A stretch of 63,293 bases of DNA, the filler included, from Octopus bimaculoides (Eukaryota), in assembly GCF_001194135.2 (NCBI RefSeq). It is 6 parts of 5 records of this genome, joined end to end, with 100 filler letters (N's around TTAATTAATTAA, not from the genome) between each part and the next. Parts side by side here need not be neighbours in the genome. Positions count along the whole stretch, not along the records: positions 1 to 25,113 come from NC_068985.1; positions 25,214 to 36,724 come from NC_068997.1; 4 more parts are not named here. The stretch is one strand, 5' to 3'. Shown here in pieces: positions 13,883 through 25,399 of the stretch. The position numbers and the translations under genes were made by a program. The notes beneath the pieces were generated by a model, which saw nothing but the letters and a program-made list of their open reading frames with translations, was not told the origin of the DNA and ran no database searches. How positions within the stretch are numbered: position 1 is the stretch's first letter; the number at the start of each line of letters is the position of its first letter.

Positions 13883-14847
13883 ATATCTGAATGTTGATAT
13901 CCCATGGCTTTGCTTGAGTGAAATGGTGACAAATGTTTATATTCCTTGTTGAAATTATATTCAGTCCCTCTACACTTTTGAAAGCCTATAAGATAAAAGA
14001 CAAATCCTTTAATTGAAAAACAAGTTACAGTTGGCAACAGGAAGATTTATCTAGCTGCAAAAAAAAAAACATTGCCCCAAAATATCTGTCTAACCAATGC
14101 TAGCAGGAAACAAAATCAGATATTAAATGAACAAGACCTTTTAACTCATGAGTGCAGTATCTTAGCCCATGAAACTTGGTATTATTCAGTTATTCATATT
14201 TCAAATTAGTCAAACGTAACTGAAAGTGAGAGGCAATAGTGATGGTAGGAGTTGAACTCTTGACCTTTTTGGAACAATCATCCTTCAACCACTCTGTCTG
14301 TTGAAATGAAATAGCAGCTTATCCAAGTGGATAAGGTGTTTACAATGTCAGGTGTCTTGAGATCATATGTAATTACAAGTGTTTTGTTTCTGTTGTTTGT
14401 TAGCAGGACATTTGATCCTCAGTACTTTATTAAAGTTCAGTTCACTTACATGCAGAGATTAGCTACCATATCTTCCAGGGCATTGATAGATTGTGTCCTA
14501 TCCTGGGAAAGATTTAACTCTCACCTACTTAACCCTAGTGAATATAGAACTATGTGTGAGCTTTTTGAGATCCTGAAGGCACAGAAACATTTAGCCCCTT
14601 AATAATGATAACTATATATATAGTATAAAAAAAAAGAAACCAGTAATTTTCCATACAAGAAAAATTGAACATGTGATGTTTGTTTATTAATGGATATAGT
14701 CCTTTGTTAATGGTTGTTCATCACTGTTTCTGGATAATGGTCACTGTTAAATACCTTGACTACTGTTTATTTATGTTGATCATTGTTTGTTAATATATGT
14801 TAACAGATGTTGAACATTGTTTAATTGATGTTAACCTTTGTTAACAG

Positions 14848-15015
14848 ATGACATTGGTGAAGTAAACAAGTTTATCTCAACATGGTTAATGGAGGCCAGT
14901 CGTTATCAGGCTCCAAATCCTTACACAAGGAATTTGTTCAAGAAGGAGAAAACTACATTGGTCTCTGAAATTGATGGAACTCCTAGTAAAAACTTCTTTA
15001 CTGTTCTGAATGTTG
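14848..15015 (+). CDS. AP5Z1: AP5Z1 coding exon
   Basis: Encodes DIGEVNKFISTWLMEAS...LVSEIDGTPSKNFFTVLNV, matching recalled human VTEVDGAVATDFFTVLSSG. ttaacAG acceptor, G|GTTAGT donor. Phases 1/1. Confidence 0.92.
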
Positions 15016-15214
15016 GTTAGTAATTTTTTGCTTCCTTTCACAACTGGTCATTGTTTTATGACTGATGCTTGCCATGTGACTAGTGCTCATTTTGTGGAAA
15101 GCCTTTGTTGTATGTCTGATTCTTATTTTCTGACTGATATACATTCTTTCATCTCATTTGTAAATTCTCATTTGATTTTTTTTTTCTTTAACTATCTGAT
15201 TCCTCATTCTTGAT

Positions 15215-15263
<49 letters not shown>

Positions 15264-16014
15264 NNNNNNNNNNNNNNNNNNNNNNNNNNNNNNNNNNNNN
15301 NNNNATATATATATATATATATATATACATGTATATGTATATCTGGCCAGGTAACCATGTACTTCCTCTACAGCAAGACACCTGTTTCTGTCTCTCTGTG
15401 GCACTCTAACCTTTCATGATTTAAAACAAAATCACCTCCTCCAATGCCTCCTCCTCTCTCATAGGATCTTCGTCTTGCAAGTTACTTGGTGACCCTACCA
15501 GTGCTGGTGCCATGTAAAAGGCATCCAGCCCACACTGTAAAGTGGCTGGCATTTTGAAGGGCATCCAGCTATAAATACCATTCCAAAACTGACCTTGCCT
15601 GTGCTTGTGCCACATAAAAAGCACTCAGTCCACTCTGTCGGTGGTTGGTGTTAGAAAGGGCATCCAGTCATAAAAACCATTCCAAAACAGACACAGAAGT
15701 CTGGTGCAGTCTCCTGCCTGGCCAGGATGGAAAGTGAATGTTAAACGATGATGATGATGATCTTATTAATTTCTTCTTTTGTTATCACCTGCTTTAAACT
15801 CCATTTATTATTTTTTATATAACAGAAAATGTAAAACATTGTATCAAATTTCAAGGGGTCCATATTCTCCCACATTAGTGCAGCTGTTGCTATTGTACCC
15901 CTTAACATGTCTGACAGAATGGTGTTACCTTCAAAACCACTAAATAAACTCTTTTATGTTTTTCACTGTAAAATTAACCTATCTAAGCATTGTTATTTTG
16001 TCTTCTCTCCACAG

Positions 16015-16248
16015 CCCAGTACAATACGGATGACCAATTCTTGAACTTGTACACATTTTCAATGCTCTACCAATGGCTGAAACACACTATTCCAGTTGTA
16101 TCGTCAACATCTGATGAACTGCAGTCACTAACCTCCTCTCAGGGTACATCCTCAATCTCTCTCAGCCCAGCACTACCCAAAGAATTTGCTCTTCTCACAA
16201 GCCGAGTCATTGACTATTGCTTTAGAGTCCTTGACCAGTGTGAGAGAA
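16015..16248 (+). CDS. AP5Z1: AP5Z1 coding exon
   Basis: Encodes (A)QYNTDDQFLNLYTFSMLYQWL...VIDYCFRVLDQCER, matching recalled human FTDDQWLNVQAFSMLRAWL...AFEYCQRLIEQSNR. ctccacAG acceptor, A|GTAAGT donor. Confidence 0.93.
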
Positions 16249-17224
16249 GTAAGTATAATATTTTATTCTGTTTATTGCTTACCTTGTAGTCATTGGATTG
16301 CAACCATATTGGAGTACCATCTTGAAGGGTTTAGTCAAACAAATTCCCCACCCCCACTCCCACCCCCACTCTGTACTTTTCTTTTTGAAGTCTGGTGCTT
16401 ATTCTATTGATCACTTTTTTGCCAAAACTACTAAGTTATGAGAATGTAAACAAACCTATAACCTATTCCTGGTAACTTAAGTTCTGGTACCTATTTCTGA
16501 GGCACAAATGAAATGAGCGATGCAGAATAAAGTGTCCTGACCAGATCTATAATGAAATGTGTGTAGTGAGTTAGACTTAAACTGTTAGTCTGATCAATGT
16601 AAATATTTGATAATTTTACTCTACTACACAACACTTTATTCAGATTTTTTTTTTTTTAGAGGCTACACTCCAAATAGATGTCATACATGGAAACAGGCTA
16701 AGCTGTTGTCAATTTAAACAAAACTGAGTAAGTCTGTTTGCCATGAAGACTTGGAACTTCTGGGCCTTATGATAGAGAAGAAAGGAGAAAATACATTTTC
16801 TCTGATAAAATACCCTGCCTGAAATGTTTCAGTTCTCTTGTCAACACACACACACACACACACACACTTATTTGAACCATATGAACTGATGAATTAACTT
16901 TTAACTATTTAGCATAAATGATAAGAGACATTATAAGCACTCATGTAAGACATGAAAGATTGACAGGACATCTACCATTCTTGCTTCTCAAATTAGATGC
17001 TATAAATTGATTCAGCCAGTTACTCTACTGCCTAGGTCAATTTTGCTTTTCATTTTTCAGTCGTTGAGAAAATAAACCACCAATCTAGAGTGTTGGATTG
17101 GCAGAAATAGTAGCATAACAGCCAAAATGTGGCATTTGTTCCAACCTTTTACAGTCTGTGTTCATCTTCAAATTCAATGGATCTAAGTTGTATTGATCTT
17201 TGTCTTTCCTTTGAAAAACATTGA

Positions 17225-17446
17225 CCCTTTAGCATTCTCATTATTCTGCCAGAATTAATGCTTTTTTTTATTCACATTGTTTTGAATTAATCATGCACTA
17301 CTTTGTAACTATGAGATTTTGATGAGGTAACTGTTAATCTTTAGAATGATATTGTAGGGTTGGTGTGAGAGGCCAGATCTGGCCAGTTTGAACATAAAAC
17401 AAGCAGACTACTTTGGCCGGATATGATCAATTTAAATGCTAAAAGG
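17225..17446. mobile_element. piggyBac-like MITE
   Basis: Ends CCCTTTAGCATT ... AATGCTAAAAGG flanked by TTGA/TTAA. A partial second copy starts at about 58592. Confidence 0.55.
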
Positions 17447-17631
17447 TTAATGGCATGGAAAGGGTAGATTTATTGCATGAGTAAACTGTGGTCTACCTTG
17501 AAACACAAAAAGAAAAAACCCTGACCAGGTCTGTGACTAGAGAGAAATTTTCTCTACTGACAGAACCCTTTCAACTGCACTGTTTAGTTTCCATAAGTGA
17601 CGTATTTGCTTTACAAGTAATTTGTCAACCA

Positions 17632-17958
17632 CTACCAGTACCGCCTGACTGGCCGTCGTAGGATTTTCGAGCCAGATCGTTGCCAGTGCCCCTGGACTGG
17701 CTCTTGTGCGAGTGGCACATAAAATACACCATTTTGAGCGTGGCCGTTGCCAGTACCGCCTGACTGGTCTTCGTGCAGGTGACACGTAAAAGCACCCACT
17801 ACACTCTCTGAGTGGTTGGCGTTAGGAAGGGCATCCAGCTGTAGAAACTCTGCCAAATCAGATTGGAGCCTGGTGTAGCCATCTGGTTTCACCAGTCCTC
17901 AGTCAAATCGTCCAACCCATGTTAGCATGGAAAGCAGACGTTAAACGATGATGATGAT
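17632..17958 (+). mobile_element. RTE LINE 3' UTR copy, opposite orientation to 8158-8670
   Basis: Same UTR and (GAT)n tail; about 6 mismatches in the terminal ~180 bp relative to the 8158 copy. Confidence 0.85.
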
Positions 17959-18187
17959 GATTAGCACTAATAGGATAGGCCATTTTACTGATGTAAAACA
18001 AAACAAGGTATCCCACTTTGGTTTGATGTTTGAAATGAGAAATAATCCTAATGAATCAATTTCTAAATCAACTGCTAAGATTTTTAATGTAAATGTTATA
18101 ATCACCAGTTTGTGTTTATACATTAATGGGTCTGCTGCTCTTTGTTGTCTCAGATTGATCCTTATTAATGTCTATTATTATTACTAT

Positions 18188-19200
18188 TTCGAAAAGTGGT
18201 GAGCTAACAGAATCGTTACTGTGCCAGGTAAAATGCTTAGCAGCATTTTGTCTGTCTTCACATTCTGAGTTCAAATTCTGCTGCAGTCAACTTTGCCTTT
18301 CATCCTTTTGGGGGTCAATAAAATAAGTACCAGTTGTGTACTGGAGTCAATTTAATCCCTCTCCCACCAAATCTTAGGCTTTGTGCCTACAGCAGAAAGG
18401 ATTATTATTATTATTATTTCTAAAGGTGGTGAGCTGGCAGAATCATTACCATGCCAGGCAAAATGTTTAACAGCATTTCGTCTGTCTTTACATTCTGAGT
18501 TCAAATCTCACCAAGGCTGGCATTACTTTTCATCCTTTCAGGGTTAATAACACAAGCACCAGTTGAACAATGGGGTCAATGTGATCAGCTTACCCCTCCC
18601 ACAAAATTGCTTGTCTTGCACCAAAGTTTGAAACCATTATTACTATTTCTAAGGTAGCAAACTCGCAGAACCATTAACATGCTAGAAAAAAATGCTTTCT
18701 GGTATTCCATCTGTCCTTACATCCTGAGTTCAAATTCCACTAAGGTCGACTTTGCCTAACTACCAGTCAAATACTGGGGTTAACGTAATTAACTCCCCTC
18801 CCCTCAAAAATTACTGGCCCTGTTCCAAAATTTGAAACAACAATTATTATTTCTAAACTCAAATGCATTCTCCTAAATTTTATTACCATCTGCCAAAATT
18901 TGAAATGATTATTATTATTATTTCTGAACTCAAAGGTGTTGCCCTAAATTTGCTGGCCATGTACCAAAATTTGAAACCATAAAGGTGGTGAACTTGCAGA
19001 TTCATTAGTATGTCAGACAAAATACATAGCATTTTTTTCAGCTCTACTTTTTGAATTCAAATTCTGTCAAGGTTGACTTTGCCTTTCATCCTTTCAAGAT
19101 TGATGAAATATATACCAGTTAAGCACTGGGATTGATGTAATTGACTAACCTGCTCCCCACTAAATTTCAGGCCTTGTGCTTATAATAGAAGGACTTTATT
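18188..19200 (+). mobile_element. Head-to-tail cluster of a second tRNA-derived SINE family (about 4 full copies + fragments)
   Basis: Repeated GGTGGTGAGCTGGCAGAATC...GAGTTCAAATTC...GTCGACTTTGCCTTTCATCC...AAGTACCAGT units separated by (ATT)n. Single copies at about 5050-5250, 34885-35097, 35810-35960 (-), 37960-38130, 42080-42200 (-) and 48560-48740 (-). Confidence 0.8.
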
Positions 19201-19758
19201 ATTTTTGAACTAATGTTTTTAAATGTTTATGAATTTGTTTTCCAAGATTCCTGATGTGAAATTGTGTGAAATATTGTTTTATTTCGGGATGGTAATTTTT
19301 TTTTTTTTTTGCTTACCAAATAAACACACACTATATATTCGTTCTTCACTCATTTATTATTGTTCTTGTTTTATCTTATGTCCATTGTTTGGAAATCTTT
19401 TGTCAGGCAACTGTGACGTCTTCAGCAACTTTTCCATCAGAATGAACTGAACAGAACAGGAGGAAATAGATGGAAGAGTCATTGAAGAGGTCACAGATGT
19501 GTGACAAAAGATTTCCAGACAATGGACATAAAATAAAATAAGAACAATAAGAAATGAGTGAAGAACAAATATATAGTGTGTGTGTTTATTTGGCAAGAAA
19601 AAAAATGACCGTCCCAAAATCTAACAATATGTTTTTTAAATGTAAACCATAACTGGTTTACTTGGACTTTTGTGGTTTTTTATCTTAGGTAATAAATGTT
19701 GTTTACTGTCATATTACAAGGAGGATGTGAAGGCTTTCATCTCTTCTCTTTATTGCAG

Positions 19759-19796
19759 AACCCAAGATTGCTGCTGATATTGATTTCCAGAATGCT
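19759..19796 (+). CDS. AP5Z1: AP5Z1 coding exon (38 nt)
   Basis: tttattgcAG acceptor and GCT|GTAAGG donor. Encodes (K)PKIAADIDFQNA, matching recalled human ALRKGDSDLQKA. Phases 1/0. Confidence 0.85.
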
Positions 19797-20552
19797 GTAA
19801 GGATTCACATGTTTCAGTTATTTAGGATCTCTGTGTGAATGATTATACAGCTTGAGACAGGGTCTGTTATCAAGAGTGTGCATTTACAAATTTGATTGCT
19901 TACATGTCTTTATTTATACCGTGTGTGTGTGTGTTATGTTGCTAATGTGCACACATTTTGGATTGTGTGTGCTTCATACATGTTCTGTGTGTGTGTGTGT
20001 GTGTTTTGTTTGTTTTCCATTTGTGTCTATCATCATCATCATCATCATCATCTTTTAACATTTGTTTTCCATGCTGACACGGGTTGGACTGTTTGACAGG
20101 AATTGGCTAGACAGAAGACTGCACTAGGCTTCACTGTCTGTTTTGGCAGGGTTTTTACAGCTGGTTGCCCTTCTTAACACCAACCACCTTACAGAGTGTA
20201 TGTATGTATTTATGTCAGTACATGTATTCATGTGTGTTTATGTATGTTTCTGTGCATGTGTGTGTGTGTGCGCGCAAGCACGTTTATGCATGTTTTTTTA
20301 GTGTATTGATGCACATGTTTATGCAGTAAACTCCTCCTTATGCAGCACCACTGGGACCAGGAGGTGAGTAGATAACTGAGTTTTCCAGATAAGTGACCAT
20401 GCTTTAAATTACCCTAGCACCTTACAAAGCTCATTAAAGAATTGTATATACATTAAAACTCGATATTTTATCATTAAAATTTGAATTATAGTGGAAATTA
20501 GAGAAACAGGAAGAAATAAAAATTAAATTAAGTAAAACATAAGCTTTATTAT

Positions 20553-20790
20553 TATGGAGGAACATGACTTAGTGGTTAGAGTGATAGACTCATGATTGTG
20601 AGATTGTGGTTTCGATTCCTGGACCAGGCAATGCATTGTGTTCTTGAGCAAAACACTTCATTTCATGTTGCTCCAGTCTGCTCAGCTGGTAAAAATGAGT
20701 TATCCTGTGATAGACCAGTGTCCCATTCAGGGAGAAATATATATGCCTGAGAAACCAGGAAACCAGCCCTATGCTCCTTATGGAATAATG
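20553..20790 (+). mobile_element. Third tRNA-derived SINE family
   Basis: TAGTGGTTAGAG A-box, GGTTTCGATTCC B-box, TTCTTGAGCAAAACACTT...GTTGCTCCAGTC body. Minus-strand relatives at about 23545-23800, 34430-34738 and 61790-62035. Confidence 0.75.
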
Positions 20791-21241
20791 TAGACTAACA
20801 ATAAGCTTTATTAACCTAATATATTACAGATACTGTAAATACAGTAAGACAAAATGTTGTACTTAGTAAAGTAACAATCTGTTTATGATACAGTGCAAAC
20901 TTTCTTTTAATGACAATTAATTAGTAAATACAAATTAGCACAAATTCTTGAAATGTTTTAGTCAAATGAATCAATCTCAGCACTTATTTTCTTTCAAGTC
21001 TGATACTTATTCTCTCAGTCTCTTTTGATGAACTGCCAAGTTACAAGGACAGAAACAAACCAGCACCAGTTGTCAAGCAGTTGCTTGAAAGTCATGGGTA
21101 TTTGAGTACTAGATAAGAGGGAGTTTACTGTATGTTTGTTTATGAGTGTTTGTGTGTATAGTATGTTTTTATACATTCATGTTTATAATAAATATCTGTG
21201 TGCTTCCAGACTGAACACCTGTCATTTCCATCTCTTTGTAG

Positions 21242-21407
21242 TGCCTGATAGAAACTGTGAACATTCTAGATGCTGTGTGTAAAGTTGACAAGGAACAGAC
21301 CCCTAGGATATTTACAGAGATGAAGAGACTCTTTACAAATCTGACAACAGACAATAACCGAACACCAAGAATCCTTGTTAACCTCCTACAGTTTTACATT
21401 AACCACA
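21242..21407 (+). CDS. AP5Z1: AP5Z1 coding exon
   Basis: Encodes CLIETVNILDAVCKVDKEQTPRIF...ILVNLLQFYINH, matching recalled human CLVEAVLVLDVLCRQDPSFLYR...VLLPLAHFFLSH. ctttgtAG acceptor, A|GTTAGT donor. Confidence 0.92.
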
Positions 21408-21554
21408 GTTAGTATCGTTTCTTTTATTTCACCTTCATTCATCATCATCATTTAGCATCTGCTTTCCATGCTGGCATGGGTTACAGGTTTGACTGAACCT
21501 GATAGCTGGAGAGCTGCACCAAGTTCCAGTCTGATTTGGCATTTTTACTATTAA

Positions 21555-22018
21555 TTTTGAGGAGACTGCACTGGTTTGGTCATGTGATGCAGCTGGATAA
21601 AGACGTGATGATCTCTTAAAGTGGAGGGAAGCTGTGAAAGAGGGAGACTCAAGAAGACATGGGGTGAAGTATTAAGACTGATCTCAAATGGCTGAACTTT
21701 ATGAAGATGGCAGAGGACTGATATATGCAGTGCATATGCAGTGCATTCAGAAGACCCACCCACCACAACAAAATTGTGATCCTGAAACCAAGGGGTCATA
21801 TAAAAAGCATTGGTGTGTGTGCTGGTGCCATGTATAAAGCACTCAGTACACTCTGTAGAGTGGTTGATGTTAGGAAGGGCATCCAGCTGGAGACACCAAA
21901 CTAAAACAGGCTATGGAATCTGGTGTGACCCCTGGCCTTGCCAGTTTCTGTCAAACTCTCCAACCCATGTCAGCATAGAAACAGTTATTAAGTGTTGATG
22001 GTGATGATGATGATGATG
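21555..22018 (+). mobile_element. Older RTE LINE 3' end (ORF2 C-terminus + UTR + (GAT)n tail)
   Basis: RRLHWFGHVMQLDK...RGRLKKTWGEVL motifs, then a diverged UTR and (GAT)n tail. Other old UTR fragments lie at about 4170-4335, 5935-6080, 10250-10470, 10980-11095, 15500-15760 and 20030-20195. Confidence 0.75.
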
Positions 22019-24121
22019 AGTTTTTTTACATTCCCTTTTTTTTTTTCTTGACAATTGGTTGGGTAAGTGTTCGATTTTAGACTTTTGCTTGAGCTTTTAA
22101 TTGCTAACCTTTCTTAACTGACTACTCGTTTGAATGTTATACCTTAACCATGGTAATATTTGAACTTAGCATAAAGTTTCTTCTCCCGATTACAAACATC
22201 TCATTTCAGTTAGATTGTGATCTTTTTTACCTTTTACTTGTTTCAATCATTGGACTGTAGCCATGATATGGGACATTGCCTTGAAGGATTTCAGTCAAAT
22301 GAATAAACCCCAGTACATGTTTTCTTTTAAGTTGGATACTTATTCTGTTGGTCTCATTTGATGAACTGCTAAGTTATAGGGACAACAAACCAACAGTAGT
22401 TGTCAAGCAGTGGTGGGAATGCATACACACAAACACACATAGATATGACAAGCTTTTAGTTTCCATCTACCTAATCCACTCACAAAAATTTGGTCCACCC
22501 AAGTTTATAGTAGATGGCACTCATCAAGGTGCCATGGTGTGGAATGAACCCAGAATCATATGGTTGAGAAGCAAGCTTCTTATCACACAGCCGCACCTAT
22601 GCCTATTCACGTAGTCACATATATATAATTCTTGTAAAAAAATACACAATCACCACTTATTCTGTTTCTTTTTCCCATATCACTTTGAAGGAAAACTGTC
22701 ATCATCATCATCATCATCATTCAGGGACAGCAGCTTCACAGAATCATTAGAGCAACTGGTAAAATATCTTGCTGTATTTTTCCCTCCACTTTTCAGTTTG
22801 GGTTCAAATCTTATCAAGCTCAACTTTACCATTCATCTTTTTGGAGGTTGATAAAATCAAGTACCAGTCAAGTGCTGAGTTGGGTTCAGTGTAATCCACT
22901 ATCACTTTCCCTCTCAAATTGCTGGCCTTGTTTTTAAATCAGAAAACATTATTATTATCATCGTTTTTTTATCTATGGACTGCTTTGAGTTCTATTTTAT
23001 TCTGATGGGCCCCCATAGTCATTCAATGTTTACAAACTAGTTTTATAGATACTTCTTTCAAAACTCCTAATTTGTTTTTCAAACATTAACTAGTTTAGGT
23101 TGAACTATGTAAAATGTTAGAGAAAAAAAACTGAGCTGTTTCTAGCAATAAATATGTTTAAATCAAAATTATTTCCTGGACCCTTAATATATTACTGTGT
23201 ATACCCAATTTACTACTTTGTTGCATGGACCCCCAGAAATCTTATATGGGCCCTCATTAACCATATGGACCCTGGCTGAGAACCACTGTAGATGGTTCTT
23301 CTTCTTCTTAAGCCCTTTGCTTCCTATGGAGCATCAGTCGTCAATGACTTTACTCTACTGCTCTCAACTATGAGCTGCCTATTCCGCATCAATCCAGTTG
23401 GACCCCTGCTTTGCAGTTTCCTTTTGGATCTGGCTGCACTGTGTCCTTGAGGGAAGGCTTTGTTCTTCCAGATCTTGTTGGTTCTGAATTGTCATCTATG
23501 CATCTGTACCTTTGCTTTTTTTTTTATATACATAGGAGTGTTAGGTAAGGTAAAGTTACCTTCTTGAGTCATACCAACTCATAAGGGCTGGTTTCCCAGT
23601 TTCATAGAATATATATAACTCACCTGGATGGGACACTGGTTCATCGCAGGGATACTCATTTTTGCCAGTTGAGTGGACTGGAGCAACGCGAAATGAAATG
23701 TTTTGCTCAAGAACACAACATGACACCCAGTCCAGGAATCAAAACCACACTCTTACAATCATAAGTCCAACACCCTAACCACAAAGCCACATGCCTCTAC
23801 AGGAGTGTTAGCCCTATGCACACCTATTTTTACCTCTGGGAAGAGTTCATTCATATTAGTTAAGGTTCTATCCTTTGACCTGTCCATTATAGAGAGAGTA
23901 ATACTTTTGTTCAGGTCATTCATTCATTGTCTTTACTGTCTTCACATGCCTTTTCAGTCAGATGTTGATGTTCTGAGTTTAAACCCTCTCCTAGTAATAT
24001 GCTTATGTGTTAGGAATAAAGGTACCTGAAGATGCTTTGAGAATTTAACATAGAAACAAAACACATGATAGATAATGTTGACTTATGTTGTTGTTGTTTT
24101 TTTTGTTTTGTTTTTTTGCAG

Positions 24122-24300
24122 GTAGCACCATGGTGCATGACCCTCAGTCTGCATATGACTTGTTCTTCGGACAACTCCTCAGCCAGAAATACAACCAGTG
24201 TCATTTTGTGTTCGATACTGTTATGTTTTTACGAGACAACCTTGAAACACTGTGTTATAAGACAAACATCCTCTCAAAGTACTTCCCCAATATTTTTAAG
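24122..24300 (+). CDS. AP5Z1: AP5Z1 coding exon (last one present; the gene is cut by the segment end)
   Basis: Encodes STMVHDPQSAYDLFFGQLLSQKY...FLRDNLETL...LSKYFPNIFK, matching recalled human ...FCRDNLHLF...LRLSFPNLFK. tttttgcAG acceptor, AAG|GTACTG donor. Confidence 0.92.
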
Positions 24301-24803
24301 GTACTGTTATTACTACTACTACTACTACTACTAATACTAATACCACCATCACATCACCTGCATCATCTGCTCTTTTCACTCCTATTAATTTCACCTCTTC
24401 CTCTACCATCCTCAACATCACCGCCAATCCACCCACCTACCTCTGCTGCCACCACTACTAGCATCACTAATGAGCCAACAATTGAGTTTTTATGAACCTG
24501 CTAGAAACAACAATGAAATTCCTGCCAACTCAAACTTTACTATCTTATATAAAAGGAAGGACACATTCCATAGCATAGTTCTAGGTACGCCATCATCATT
24601 ATCATCATTTAACATCCATGTTCCATACTTAGTCAAACAAACTGACCCCAGTACTTAATTGTTTTAAGTCTGGTACTAATTCTGTTGGTCTTTGCTGAGC
24701 CACTAAGTTACAGGTATGTAAACAAATCAACACTAGTTGGGGGACAAAAATAAACACGCATACACACGCACATATATATGTGTGTAAAACTGAAAGGTAT
24801 ATA

Positions 24804-25113
24804 CATCATCATCATCATCGTTTAACGTCCGCTTTCCATGCTAGCATGGGTTGGACGATTTGACTGAGGACTGGTGAAACCGGATGGCAACACCAGGCTC
24901 CAGTCTGATTTGGCAGAGTTTCTACAGCTGGATGCCCTTCCTGACGCCAACCACTCAGAGAGTGTAGTGGGTGCTTTTACGTGTCACCCGCACGAAAACG
25001 GCCACGCTCGAAATGGTGTCTTTTATGTGCCACCCGCACAAGCCAGTCCAGGGGCACTGGCAACGATCTCGCTCGAAAATCCTACAGGAGCCAGTCAGGC
25101 GGTACTGGCAACG
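24804..25113 (-). mobile_element. RTE LINE 3' UTR copy, cut by the segment end
   Basis: Nearly identical to 8160-8470; one substitution seen in the first ~190 bp. Confidence 0.85.
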
Positions 25114-25213
25114 NNNNNNNNNNNNNNNNNNNNNNNNNNNNNNNNNNNNNNNNNNNNTTAATTAATTAANNNNNNNNNNNNNNNNNNNNNNNNNNNNNNN
25201 NNNNNNNNNNNNN
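25114..25213. other. Artificial 100-nt scaffold-joining spacer
   Basis: 44 N + TTAATTAATTAA + 44 N; the 12-mer has stops in all six frames. Confidence 0.95.
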
Positions 25214-25399
25214 TATATATATATATACATACATATACATATGTATGTATGCATGTATGTATGTATGCATGTATGTATGTATGTATGTATGTATGTATAG
25301 GTGCATGTATAAATATGTACCTATACACACTCATACATACACTCACAAACAAACACACATACACATGCACATGTAAATATATATATATAGAGAGAGAGG

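Noticed and set aside
23275-23288. hAT-type TIR (reverse complement of CAGTGGTTCTCAGC); also CAGAGGTGGGCA at about 42458
   Set aside because: No matching opposite TIR or TSD could be found, so element boundaries cannot be supported.
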